Of a DNA stretch of 64,000 nucleotides, positions 19,575 through 29,224 are shown piece after piece (the stretch's first letter is position 1; the number at the start of each line of letters is the position of its first letter). The stretch comes from Deltaproteobacteria bacterium (lineage in GTDB: Bacteria > Myxococcota_A > Polyangia > Polyangiales > Houyiibacteriaceae), in NCBI GenBank assembly GCA_034670305.1, contig JAXMNT010000001.1, positions 32,001-96,000 of the forward strand, read 5' to 3'. The position numbers and the translations under genes are program-made. The notes below the pieces were generated by a model, which was not told the DNA's origin, made no database searches, and was given only the letters and a program-made list of their open reading frames with translations.

Positions 19575-22331
19575 TCATCGCGGGGGGCAGGTGAGGGCGC
19601 CGGTGACGAAGACGCCGTTGTTCGGGTCCGTGTAGGCGAACCTCGGCTGGCCGTCGACGCTGAACGCGCCGCTGACCCGCGCGTTGGGCGGGCTGTCCTG
19701 GGTCAGCTGCACTGCGCACGGGTTGTTGCACATCTCTTCGGCGCTCGGGAAACACTCGGAGCAGCCGGTCGTGCGCGCGGGTTCGCCGTCGTGCACGGTC
19801 GCGGTGCGCATGAAGAGGCGGGCTTCGGTCGCGGTGCTGAGGTGCGCGAAGACCACGCGCCATCCGCCCGGCTGTTCCACGACGCTGTCGCCGCGCATGG
19901 TGCCCAGCGTCAGCACACCGTCCGGCACGTACACGAGCGATGGCGCGCCGAGTAGCGGCTCGCGGTGGCTCATGTGCGTGACCGGTGCGATGGCGCGCAC
20001 GCCGGTCGGGGTGAGGACCTCGTCGCATCCGACGACGCCGCAGGTGCCGCCGCCACCGGCGCATTCGCACTCGGTGTGGAAGGTGACGCTGGTGAAGCCG
20101 ATGCGCTGACCCATCTCGCTGATCTCGCGCCAGGCGACGCCCATCACGACGCCGTCGCGGCTGGCGGGACCAACCGCCATCACGAGGTCTTCGATCTGCG
20201 CGTCCGGGAGCGGGCCGTCGCCGCCGGGCACGAGCTCGAGCGGGTCGGTGGCCAGGCACTGGCGGATCGACTCGGGCGACCGCTGGGTCTGCGTGAGGCT
20301 CTCCTTGTTGCCGGGCTCGCTGTCTGGACGTCGCCGGTCACGGGTGGTCGGGGTGCCTTCGTCGATGGTGCCGTCGCAGTCGTCGTCGATCCCGTTGCAG
20401 TCCTCGGTGGGGTTCGCGACGCACGCCTCGGTGCAGCCGTTGTCCAGGATGCCGTTGCAGTCGTCGTCCTGGCCGTTGCACAGCTCCGGCTGAGGTCCGA
20501 CGTCGCCCATGCAGATCGTGCGGCCGGCGAAACATTGCCAGGTGCCCTGCGAGCACTCTCCGGTGCTGCTGCCGCAGGCGTCGCCTTCGGTGTTCTCGTC
20601 GGTCATGCCGTCGCAGTCGTCGTCGAGGCCGTTGCACATGTCCGCGCCGGTCTCGTCGCCGGTGGTCGGCACGCAGTCGTCGGTGCAGTTGGTCTCGTCG
20701 ACGCCGCCGTCGCAGTCCTCGTCGACCCCGTTCGCGCAGAGTTCCGGCTGGGGCATGACGGCGCCGTCGCAGTACACCTCGCCGCCATCGCAGCGGAAGG
20801 TGCCGGAGACGCAGGCGCCGATTTCGATGCCGCAGCTCGTCTCGCCACACACCGAGGGTTGAGCGGCCGTGTCGGACACACACATCTGAGACTCGTCGCC
20901 GGCCGGCTCGCACATCTGCGCGGCCACGAGACGCGCGTCCGGAATCGCGAGCAGGTGGATCCGGAGTCGGCCTTCCTGCTCGGATGCGACCGCGTAGGTC
21001 TCGCCGATGGCGGCGATGCCGGGTGCGGTGGTCGAACGGGTCTGCCCGAGCACGGTGGGCTCGCCCTCACCACTCACGTTGACGAAACGGATGCGGTTGG
21101 AGGCTGCGGTCTGCAGATGGGCGCCCCAGACGAGCACGTCGTGCAGCGACTCGTCTTCTTCCGTGCCGCTGAGGTCTTCGGTGATGCAGCGGCCGAGCGC
21201 ATGCGATCCCGAGACGGCGGCCACGACCGCCTCCACGTCCACGTCGGCCTGGTCGCCCGGGAGCGCTGCGAGGGCGATGTCCTTCACGCCGCACGCATGG
21301 CTGATCGCGACCTGCGCGCTGGACGAACAACTGCCGCACAGACACTGCACGGCATTGGGGCTGTCGCACTCGCTCATCGAGTTGCAGCTCTGCGGTTCGC
21401 AGCGGCCGCCGTTGCACGTCTGGGCGTGCGGGCATTGCGCGTCGGATGCACAGGTGGACGGGACGCACGCGCCGCGGACGCAGCGTTCGCTGCCGGCGCA
21501 GGTCGGGCAGCCCTGGGTCTCGAAGGCCACCGCGAGCTGGGCCGCTTCGCAGCGGTCGGTGTCGGCGGCGGAGCATCGCCCGTTGTGGGTCAGCGAGACC
21601 CCCGCGAATGCATTCGAGCGTCCGGACGGTCCGAGGTTGAAGATCTCGGTGCCGGCTTCGTAGTGGCCGATTCGGAGCTGGCCCTGCACGCACCGGGCCG
21701 AGGAGACCGACGCGGCGATGCCGCTGTCGCCGGCCATGCCCACTTCGAGCTGCGCGAAGTTGCAGTTGCCCTCGGTGGGCACGATGCCGGTGATGGGGGT
21801 GTCCATCGCGCCGGTTCCGTCGCGGTTGATGCCCCAGCAGCCGGGCTCTTCCGTCGGCCCCGCTTCGACATCGTTGCTCTCGTTCTTCACGTAGTTGGCG
21901 CGTACTGGCGCGGGGAGTTCCCCCGACACCGGGAGGACCACGGCGAGCGCGTCCGCTTCGGTCCACAGGGCCCGCACGGAGGTCGCGCCTTCGGCGAACG
22001 TGATGCCGGTCGGTGTGCCGAGGATCAGATCGGCCCGTCGAATGTCGGACACCGGGTCCGCGCCTTCGTCGCTGTTGCCGTCGCAGTCGTTGTCGGCTCC
22101 GTCGCAGATCTCTTCGTCGCTGCGCACACACTGTCCGTCGAGGCAGCGCCAAGGCCGGCAGGCGGCCGGCAGGCCGAACGACCCGTTGAGCGCGTCGGCG
22201 CAGGCTTGTTCGAACTCACCCTGGGTGGTGCCGAACTCGTCGCAGCGGTCGAACTCGTCGAGCCCGAGGACGCTGCAGCCCGCCAGAAGCGCGAGCGCGG
22301 GAAGAACCATCGTCGTTTGCAAACGGCGCAT
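19575..22331 (-). CDS. Large Cys-rich lipoprotein with MopE-like (putative metal-binding) repeats
   Basis: Lipobox LAGC; repeats EICDGADNDCDG, ELCANGVDEDCDG, MCNGLDDDCDG, ELCNGQDDDCNG, EDCNGIDDDCDGTIDE. Confidence 0.82.
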   Translation of the reverse strand: MRRLQTTMVLPALALLAGCSVLGLDEFDRCDEFGTTQGEFEQACADALNGSFGLPAACRPWRCLDGQCVRSDEEICDGADNDCDGNSDEGADPVSDIRRADLILGTPTGITFAEGATSVRALWTEADALAVVLPVSGELPAPVRANYVKNESNDVEAGPTEEPGCWGINRDGTGAMDTPITGIVPTEGNCNFAQLEVGMAGDSGIAASVSSARCVQGQLRIGHYEAGTEIFNLGPSGRSNAFAGVSLTHNGRCSAADTDRCEAAQLAVAFETQGCPTCAGSERCVRGACVPSTCASDAQCPHAQTCNGGRCEPQSCNSMSECDSPNAVQCLCGSCSSSAQVAISHACGVKDIALAALPGDQADVDVEAVVAAVSGSHALGRCITEDLSGTEEDESLHDVLVWGAHLQTAASNRIRFVNVSGEGEPTVLGQTRSTTAPGIAAIGETYAVASEQEGRLRIHLLAIPDARLVAAQMCEPAGDESQMCVSDTAAQPSVCGETSCGIEIGACVSGTFRCDGGEVYCDGAVMPQPELCANGVDEDCDGGVDETNCTDDCVPTTGDETGADMCNGLDDDCDGMTDENTEGDACGSSTGECSQGTWQCFAGRTICMGDVGPQPELCNGQDDDCNGILDNGCTEACVANPTEDCNGIDDDCDGTIDEGTPTTRDRRRPDSEPGNKESLTQTQRSPESIRQCLATDPLELVPGGDGPLPDAQIEDLVMAVGPASRDGVVMGVAWREISEMGQRIGFTSVTFHTECECAGGGGTCGVVGCDEVLTPTGVRAIAPVTHMSHREPLLGAPSLVYVPDGVLTLGTMRGDSVVEQPGGWRVVFAHLSTATEARLFMRTATVHDGEPARTTGCSECFPSAEEMCNNPCAVQLTQDSPPNARVSGAFSVDGQPRFAYTDPNNGVFVTGALTCPPR

Positions 22332-23359
22332 CAGAACGACCCTCCGAGCGAGAGGCCGGCGGCGGTGCGGGAGACGATCGGCGCGACCTGGAGCCGGAGC
22401 CGCGCTTCGGCCTCGTCGGTCGAGATCGCGTTCGGGTCTTCTTCGTCGTCCCAGTCGGTCAAGACCGCGAAGATGATGGCGGTCGTCGCAAGCAAGGCCG
22501 CGGTGCCGAAGAGGATGTCCGCGTTGCGGGCGTTGCGCTGGATCGAGTCGACCTCGTCGGCGGTCGCGAGCCGCGGCGAGCGACCGTCCGGTTCGTTGCC
22601 CTTGTTGAGCGCGACCAGGCCGAACGCCATCCCGCCGAGCGCCGCACCGACCGCCGCACCCGCGGTGACCCAGAACAGGACCGGCGGCAGCCCTTCGTAT
22701 TCTTCCGCCAGCCGCTCGAGCTCGAACGTGGCGGTCGCCTCCGACTGGGCGGCGACCTGAACTTCTTGTTGCTCCGGCGTGTACCCGTCGGAGCGGATCT
22801 CGACGACGTGCGCGCCACCCGGCACCAGGATCTCGGTCTGGTTCTCACCGATGCGGCGGGAGTCGACCCAGACTTCGTAGTTGCGGAGGTTCACCGTGAT
22901 GCGGACGGTTCCGAGCAGACCGTTGAGCAGCTCGATCTTCGCCCGCACATCGGCGGCGTGGTCGGTGAACGCGCCGCCTTCTTCCAGGAACGAGGCGTAC
23001 GACGCCATCGCTTCGCTGTAACGGAACAGGCGCTCCTGGCAGCGGGCGATGTTGTAGAGCACGAGGAAGCGGAGCTGGTGGCCTCGGAGCAACTCGCGGG
23101 TCGTGTTGAACTCGGCGAGCGCGGCTTCGTAGTTGTTCTCTTCGTACAGGGCTTCGCCCCGCGCGATGCGCTCGCGCGCTTCGGCGATGCGCGGGTCCTC
23201 CGCGGGTTCCTCCGCGGCGGGTGCTTCGGCTTCCGCCTCCACATCCGCGGCTTCGCCGGCAGCACCCTCTTCTCCAACGGGCTCCTGTGCCATCGCCAAC
23301 GAGCCAACGCTCATCCACCACAGCAAGAGAAGTCCGCGCCCCATTCGACGTCCCATCAC
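22331..23359 (-). CDS. TPR + PEGA domain protein
   Basis: Signal peptide, ARGEALYEENNYEAALAEF...LYNIARCQERL, PEGA-like GGAHVVEIRSDGY, C-terminal GLSLGGSF; coupled to the downstream lipoprotein gene. Confidence 0.82.
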   Translation of the reverse strand: MMGRRMGRGLLLLWWMSVGSLAMAQEPVGEEGAAGEAADVEAEAEAPAAEEPAEDPRIAEARERIARGEALYEENNYEAALAEFNTTRELLRGHQLRFLVLYNIARCQERLFRYSEAMASYASFLEEGGAFTDHAADVRAKIELLNGLLGTVRITVNLRNYEVWVDSRRIGENQTEILVPGGAHVVEIRSDGYTPEQQEVQVAAQSEATATFELERLAEEYEGLPPVLFWVTAGAAVGAALGGMAFGLVALNKGNEPDGRSPRLATADEVDSIQRNARNADILFGTAALLATTAIIFAVLTDWDDEEDPNAISTDEAEARLRLQVAPIVSRTAAGLSLGGSF

Positions 23360-23483
23360 CCGCGCACTTTACCGGAAAGCCGCGGAAGATGGGCGCTCTT
23401 GCCGCTCGCATTCCGCTTGGCTCGAAACGGGGAGAAACGCTCCGAACCAAAGCCACAAAACGGAGCCACATGTGTTCGAGCCG

Positions 23484-24272
23484 CTAGTAACGGTGAATTC
23501 CGGCGGAATCGATGCGCAGCAGGGCGAGGTCGCCGCGTTGTTCGAGGCGGCCTTCGATCCGGACCGGTTCGGCGACGTAGGAGAGGACCTCGGGTCCAAG
23601 CGGTCCACCCTCGGCGTTCGCGAGCAGCAGATGGGTCTCAGTGCCCTCTGCGTCGCGGGTCACAAGCACCGGCGCGATGCCGCCTCGGATGCAGAGCTGT
23701 GCGCAGCCCCGGTGGGCGCGCCCGTCGCCTGGCCGCATCTGACCGTAGAAGCACTTGCTGTCGACGATCTCTCCAGACACTTCGATCGACGCGCCCGTGA
23801 GGACCGATGGTGCCTCGTTCAAACGTGTGAGCGCGGCCTCCGACAACGCGGCGTCGGCGGCGCCACCGCTCACCACCAAGAGTGCGCCGCCGTTGCGGGC
23901 GAAGAGCCGACCGCGCAGCTCGGTGGGTTGTCCGTCTCGGTCGGCGTAGCTCTCCCCGAGGCCGGACTTCCAAGCGCGCGCGGTCAACACGGTGAAGAGC
24001 GCGCCATCCGCGCCCACGGTGCGCAAGTGCGGGTAGGGCGACTGCACGAAGAGGCCTTGCAAGGTGACCTGTCGACCGGCTTCGAGCCCTTCGCCCGGGT
24101 GGCGTTGAAAGACCGCACCCGAGGCCGCGATCGACGCCGCGGCGACGACGAGCCCGCCGGCCAGCAGAAGGGAGAAACGTTTGAGCTTGGGCGGGGTCGG
24201 CAGGTAGCCGACGAAGAACTCGTCGCTGGGCTGGAGCGGCTCGAGGGCCGGATCGTCGGGCGCGTCGCTCAT
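23484..24272 (-). CDS. Conserved-looking membrane-anchored hypothetical protein with DSKC...HxxCAxxCIxGG motif
   Basis: ATG at 24272 overlaps the upstream TGA (ATGA); DEFFVGYLP, TM helix, GEIVDSKCFYGQMRPGDGRAHRGCAQLCIRGGIAP. Confidence 0.78.
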   Translation of the reverse strand: MSDAPDDPALEPLQPSDEFFVGYLPTPPKLKRFSLLLAGGLVVAAASIAASGAVFQRHPGEGLEAGRQVTLQGLFVQSPYPHLRTVGADGALFTVLTARAWKSGLGESYADRDGQPTELRGRLFARNGGALLVVSGGAADAALSEAALTRLNEAPSVLTGASIEVSGEIVDSKCFYGQMRPGDGRAHRGCAQLCIRGGIAPVLVTRDAEGTETHLLLANAEGGPLGPEVLSYVAEPVRIEGRLEQRGDLALLRIDSAGIHRY

Positions 24273-25360
24273 GAGGGCTCCTCCCGGGCGAGACGCGCGA
24301 CGGCGACATCGAACTCGGCGGGTGCGGTGGCGGTGCCGGGCGCGAGCGCGACCGGACGCACCAGAATGCGCCCGTCTTTCAACCGCACTTCGTAGGTGGG
24401 GATCTTCTCGGTGAATGGCGGCGGCGACTGACCGTCTTCGGGCCGGTACTGCCATCCATGCCACGGGCAGGTGAGCGATCCGTCGATCACCTTGCCCTCG
24501 TAGAGCGGTCCGTTCTGGTGGGCGCAGTGTCCGTGCAGCGCGGCGACCTTGCCTTGCCATCGCACGACGGCGATGCGCTCATGGCCCGGAATGCACAGCG
24601 CGCGCGCCCGCCCCTCCGGGATGTCCTCCGGCCGGCCCGCGTCGACGTAGCGTTCGCCGTCGAACTCGACCCACGCGACCTCCTCGCGCTCGCAGGCCAA
24701 GGAGCGGCGGGCCGCGAGCAAATGCAGCCCGCCGACCAGCACGACGCTGCCGAAGACGAGCGCTGCGTTCATCGGATGCGGCTCCGACTTCATCAATCCG
24801 AACGCCACGTGCAGGACCGCGAGCGCGAACACCAAGTAGACGCCCATGTGGAGGGTCTTCCACGCGGCCGGACCGATGGTCCTCTGCCAGAAGTCGTGGC
24901 TGGTCGCGGCCATCACCGCCAAATACAGCAGCGCCGCGAGGCCGAAGAGTGGGAAGGGCCACGAGGCGCCGGTGAACTCGTTGTCGCTCAGAAAGAGCGC
25001 GCTGACCCGGTCCAGATCGCCGGTGTAGTTGTAGTAGTACCCGAGCACCGTGTTCGCGTGCATCGCCGCCACGAAGAACATCAGCACCCCGAAGTGCCGC
25101 CGGTTGTAGAGCAGCGGAATGAACTTCGGGCTCAGGCGCGCGAGCGGTCCGATGCAGAGGATCAGGGTCAGCATCAGAAACGCGCAGCTGCCCCACGCGC
25201 GCATCGAGACGATCTGTCCGGTCAACACCCCGTCGCCGGAATGCAGCCAGCGGGTCACGACCCCGAAGAGCACGATGTAGATCGCCACCGCCACGACGAC
25301 GATGGCGTCGTAGAAGATCTTGCGCGCGGTCCACTGCACCGGGACGTACTGCGTGCTCAT
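24269..25360 (-). CDS. Ferric-reductase/MsrQ-like heme-b membrane domain fused to a Rieske [2Fe-2S] domain
   Basis: About 6 TM helices with RRHFG, AMH, WKTLH and VLH histidines; Rieske CAH...CPWHGW. Confidence 0.88.
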   Translation of the reverse strand: MSTQYVPVQWTARKIFYDAIVVVAVAIYIVLFGVVTRWLHSGDGVLTGQIVSMRAWGSCAFLMLTLILCIGPLARLSPKFIPLLYNRRHFGVLMFFVAAMHANTVLGYYYNYTGDLDRVSALFLSDNEFTGASWPFPLFGLAALLYLAVMAATSHDFWQRTIGPAAWKTLHMGVYLVFALAVLHVAFGLMKSEPHPMNAALVFGSVVLVGGLHLLAARRSLACEREEVAWVEFDGERYVDAGRPEDIPEGRARALCIPGHERIAVVRWQGKVAALHGHCAHQNGPLYEGKVIDGSLTCPWHGWQYRPEDGQSPPPFTEKIPTYEVRLKDGRILVRPVALAPGTATAPAEFDVAVARLAREEPS

Positions 25361-25370
25361 CGGCGCGGCC

Positions 25371-25523
25371 TCATCGGGCCGCCTCTGGGCGACGGGCTTG
25401 CAGCGGACTCGGCTCGGCCGGGGCCTGGCTCGGCATCGACGCGGCCCAGCCACACAGAGCCAGCAGCGCCGGCAGCAGCAGCCACCAGACGAGCGCGTGG
25501 GCTTTTCGTTGCGGCCGGATCAC
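25371..25523 (-). CDS. Small membrane protein (50 aa)
   Basis: GTG overlapping the upstream TGA (GTGA); MIRPQRKAHALVWWLLLPALLALCGWAA. Confidence 0.62.
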   Translation of the reverse strand: MIRPQRKAHALVWWLLLPALLALCGWAASMPSQAPAEPSPLQARRPEAAR

Positions 25524-25720
25524 GACGGAGCACCGCGGACCCAGCGCCAAGCGATCACCGGCCAGAGCAGCGCACAGGAAGGAAGGATCAGCACGCGGAA
25601 GAGCATCGAACTCCCCGCGCCGGCCGGGTCGACCCGTGGCAACCCGACCGCGAGGAACGCGAGCGCGACGAGCAGACCGAAGCCCATCCATCCCGCCGCA
25701 GCGTGGAGCATCCACGCCAT
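25520..25720 (-). CDS. Small two-TM membrane protein (66 aa)
   Basis: ATG 2 bp after the upstream stop; GFGLLVALAFLAVGLPRVDPAGAGSSMLFRVLILPSCALLWP. Confidence 0.68.
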   Translation of the reverse strand: MAWMLHAAAGWMGFGLLVALAFLAVGLPRVDPAGAGSSMLFRVLILPSCALLWPVIAWRWVRGAPS

Positions 25721-25722
25721 GA

Positions 25723-27348
25723 TCAGAGCGGGGTCATGCCGGCGTATCGCACGCCCGTGAGGTGCGCGATGTCCCGCTTCCAGGTCGTGAGATCGTCCAC
25801 GCAGAGTTTCGCGAGGGCGTCGTGTCCACAGGCGCGCGCCAGGATCTTCATGAGCTCGACCGTGGCCTCGAAGTAGCGGGCGAGGCGCTGCGCCGAGTGC
25901 TTCACGTCCAGGCGCTCGCGCAAGTGCGGCTTCTGGGTCGCGATGCCCACCGGGCAGTTGTTGCTGTGGCAGGCCCGCATGCCGAGGCACCCGATCGCCT
26001 GCAACGCCGAGTTCGACACCGCGACCGCGTCGGCGCCGAGCGCCATCGCTTTGACGAAGTCCGCCTCGGTGCGAAGCCCGCCGGTCACCACCAGGGTCAC
26101 GTCCGACGCGCCGCAGGCGTCGAGGTGTCTGCGGGCGCGGGGCAACGCAGCGAGCGTCGGCACCGAGATGTTCTGCTTGAAGATCTCGGGCGCCGCGCCG
26201 GTGCCGCCGCCACGCCCGTCGAGGATCACGTAATCCGCGCCGACCGCCAGGCAGAAGTCGAGGTCGCGCTCGATGTGTTGGGCGCTGAGCTTGAATCCGA
26301 CCGGGATGCCGCCCGAGGTCTCGCGGACTTGTGCCGCGATCTCCTGGAAGCCCGCGACTCCGTGAATGTCCGGAAAGGTCGAAGGGCTGATCGCCGCTTT
26401 CCCGGGCGGGAGTTTGCGGACCTCGGCGATCTTGCCTTGGACCTTCTCGCCTGGGAGGTGTCCCCCGGTGCCGGTCTTGGCGCCCTGGCCGCCCTTGAAG
26501 TGAAACGCCTGCACCTTCTTCACGAGCTGCAGATCCCAGCCGAAACGCGCGCTCGCGAGCTCGTAGAAGTAGCGGCTGTTCTCGGCTTGTTCTTCCGGCA
26601 GCATACCGCCTTCGCCGGAGCAGATGCCGGTGCCCGCCAGCTCTGCGCCCATCGAAAGCGCGGTCTTCGCTTCTTCGCTCAACGCGCCGAAGCTCATGTC
26701 GCTCACGAAGATGGGGATCTCGAGGCTCAGCGGCTTCTTCGCGCGCGGTCCGATGACCACCGAGGTCGCGACCGGTGCGTCGTCGAGCCGCGGCTGCTTC
26801 CACATCTGCGCCGTCACGATCTGGATGTCCTGCCAGCGCGGAAGTTCGGTCAGCGCGACGCCCATCGCGCTCGTCTCGCCGTGGTGGCCGGTGCGCGAGA
26901 GGCCGTGTTCGGCGAGCTCGTGAATGTGTTTGGCGTAGGGCTCCGCCGACGTGCCGTGGTGGTCGGCGTACAGACCCAGGTAGGTCTTGCGGTCGTAGGG
27001 CTGCGGGTTGTCGACGGCCCACGTCCGGATCTCCGCTTCATCGACGAACACGGCGTCGCCGTCGATCCAGGCGCGGAACTTGTGGAGCACTTCTTTGGAG
27101 TCGTAGGCGCTCACCCCGGTCGCGACCCGGTAGTCCCACTGGTGCACGCCGCAGATGAGGTCGTCCCCCTTCACGAAGCCGTCCGCCATCAGCGCGCCGC
27201 GGTGCAAGCAGCGCCCGTACAGCACACTCACGTCGTCGTCGTAGCGCACCACGACCAGGTCGACGTTGGCGACCAGCGCGTACGTCGGCGTGCGGTCTTC
27301 GAGGGTCGACCACGTGGCGACCTCGACCGGCTTTCTTTCCGTCCCCAT
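25723..27348 (-). CDS. Rieske domain + FMN-binding glutamate synthase-type (GltB2/GlxD-like) protein
   Basis: Rieske CLH...CGVH; SDMSFGALS, SGEGGM, KGGQGAKTGTGGHLPG, DGRGGGTGAAP, TGGLRT, KAMALGAD; [3Fe-4S]-type CLGMRACHSNNCPVGIATQ; RBS GAGGAG. Confidence 0.9.
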   Translation of the reverse strand: MGTERKPVEVATWSTLEDRTPTYALVANVDLVVVRYDDDVSVLYGRCLHRGALMADGFVKGDDLICGVHQWDYRVATGVSAYDSKEVLHKFRAWIDGDAVFVDEAEIRTWAVDNPQPYDRKTYLGLYADHHGTSAEPYAKHIHELAEHGLSRTGHHGETSAMGVALTELPRWQDIQIVTAQMWKQPRLDDAPVATSVVIGPRAKKPLSLEIPIFVSDMSFGALSEEAKTALSMGAELAGTGICSGEGGMLPEEQAENSRYFYELASARFGWDLQLVKKVQAFHFKGGQGAKTGTGGHLPGEKVQGKIAEVRKLPPGKAAISPSTFPDIHGVAGFQEIAAQVRETSGGIPVGFKLSAQHIERDLDFCLAVGADYVILDGRGGGTGAAPEIFKQNISVPTLAALPRARRHLDACGASDVTLVVTGGLRTEADFVKAMALGADAVAVSNSALQAIGCLGMRACHSNNCPVGIATQKPHLRERLDVKHSAQRLARYFEATVELMKILARACGHDALAKLCVDDLTTWKRDIAHLTGVRYAGMTPL

Positions 27349-27498
27349 CTCAGCTCCTCTTCAGACGAGCGATGGTACGCGGACTGGTCGATCGCGTTAC
27401 GGATTCCTTGGCATAGCAGGTGGCCGCTGAGCGCCGCGTCTGCGAAGGCGGCCGCCTAGCCGATTGCCCTTCGATCCGGCCCAGCCTCCGAGAGGAGA

Positions 27499-29043
27499 TC
27501 ACTCGATCTGGACGATCACGCCTTCGCTCTCGACGCCTCGGCGGTCGATGGCGCTCAGGGCCCATTCGCCCGGCTCCAGGCCGACACCGGTCCCTTCTTC
27601 CGAACCGGCGGGGACGAGCCGATCGAGCGTGAAGACGCCGGGTTCGATCGCGCCGTACACGCCGACGTAGCGCAGCGGGGACGCGTGGGTGACGGTGGCG
27701 ATGGCGCCGTCGATCCGCACCGCCGGGGGGGCGAGGGTCGCGCCGAACGCATCGGCGATCGGCGGCGTGGCGGCGGGGACGACGTAGTGGTTTTGCAGCA
27801 CCTCCGCGATCTCCGGTGCGCGGCCGTCGAGCGGCGCGACGTGGAAGTACAGGTTGCCCTCCACCCCGGGGGCTTCGCGCGTCATGCGGAGTTGGGTCCG
27901 CAGCTCGTCGAGATCCCAGGCGGTCTCCGTGCCGACCTTCGAGAGGTAGTTGCCGATGAAGATGAGTCGGCCCTCGGTGGCCAGCGCGCCCCACCACTGC
28001 GCGAGTGGCTCGTAGGCTTGGCGGGTCTGGGTGGACGGCCAGTAGAGTTGCGGCGCGAGGTAGTCGACCCAGCCGTTGCGGATCCACAGCGGCGGGTCCG
28101 CGTAGATGCTGGCGTATTGATCGAGTCCAGTGATGCCTTCGGGCATGCCGGGCCGGTAGATGCCGAACGGTGAGATCCCCCAGCGGACCGTGGGCGCGAC
28201 TTCGCGCACGATCTCCGCGATGCGTTCAACCAGGTGGTTGACGTTGTCGCGTCGCCAGTCGCCTCGGTCGAGCGTGCCGCCCCCGGACCGGTAGGCATCG
28301 AACGAGTCGTCGTCGGGAAACGGCCCGTCGGGGTAGGGGTAGAAGTAGTCGTCGAAGTGCAGCCCATCGACGTCGTATCGGGTCAGCACGTCGCGAATCA
28401 CCGCGAGCGTGTGGTCTTGTACCGCCTCGGCCCCGGGATCCATCCAGAGCAGATCCCCGTAGCGGATCATGTGTTCGGAGAGCGTGACCGCGGCGTGCGG
28501 TGCGACCGCGGTCGAGGACGCGCTGGCTTTGGCGCGGTACGGGTTCATCCAGGCGTGCAGTTCGAGTCCGCGCGCGTGCGCCATCCGAATGGCGGTCTCG
28601 AGCGGGTCCCAGCCCGGGGCGACGCCCTGGGTGCCGGAGAGGAAGCGGCTCCACGGTTCGAGCTCCGATGGGTAGAACGCGTCGCCTTCCGGTCGCACCT
28701 GCAGGAACACCGCGTTGAGTCCCGCGTTGGCCGCGTCGTCCATCCGGGCTTCGAGTTCGCTTCGCTGGGCTTCGGCGGACAGCCCCGTGCGACTCGGCCA
28801 GTTGATGTTGTAGACGGACGCGATCCAGCCGCCCCGCATCTCGCGCGCGTGGCCGACCCGCACGGTCTCCTGGTCGAGCGCGTCGGCGGAGGCGTCGCGT
28901 TCCTCGCCGCCGGAGTCCAAGGCTTCGTCTCCGGTGTCCGTGGACCCATCGACGGCCGCATCGCGCGCGGCGGCGTCGGGGCCGGGAGGGGTGGAACCGC
29001 ACGCGAGCGCGAACAAGAGACCCAAGGGGATGACGAGTTTCAC
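27499..29043 (-). CDS. GHL10/DUF187 glycoside hydrolase lipoprotein (YddW/DigH-like)
   Basis: Lipobox LAC; EMRGGWIASVYNINWPS, NAVFLQVRP, ELHAWMNPYR, YDVDGLHFDDYFYPY, WGISPFGI, DYLAPQLYW. Confidence 0.9.
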   Translation of the reverse strand: MKLVIPLGLLFALACGSTPPGPDAAARDAAVDGSTDTGDEALDSGGEERDASADALDQETVRVGHAREMRGGWIASVYNINWPSRTGLSAEAQRSELEARMDDAANAGLNAVFLQVRPEGDAFYPSELEPWSRFLSGTQGVAPGWDPLETAIRMAHARGLELHAWMNPYRAKASASSTAVAPHAAVTLSEHMIRYGDLLWMDPGAEAVQDHTLAVIRDVLTRYDVDGLHFDDYFYPYPDGPFPDDDSFDAYRSGGGTLDRGDWRRDNVNHLVERIAEIVREVAPTVRWGISPFGIYRPGMPEGITGLDQYASIYADPPLWIRNGWVDYLAPQLYWPSTQTRQAYEPLAQWWGALATEGRLIFIGNYLSKVGTETAWDLDELRTQLRMTREAPGVEGNLYFHVAPLDGRAPEIAEVLQNHYVVPAATPPIADAFGATLAPPAVRIDGAIATVTHASPLRYVGVYGAIEPGVFTLDRLVPAGSEEGTGVGLEPGEWALSAIDRRGVESEGVIVQIE

Positions 29044-29224
29044 GCCAGGCAGGTTTGCACACCCCGTGCCCCCGCGCGCGCCGACCGTCGCCGTGCGGTT
29101 CGTGGTTCGGCAGGCCCCGGCCACGCGCCGCCACGGACACAACCGCACACCTGCTCGGCGGTGGTGTTCAGGAGTTGAGCAGTCGGCGCGTAACATCTTT
29201 GTGCGAGCACGGTAGGGTTGCGGA

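Noticed and set aside
25723-27348. Calling this gene gltB
   Set aside because: It lacks the glutamine amidotransferase, central and GXGXG domains and has no gltD partner.
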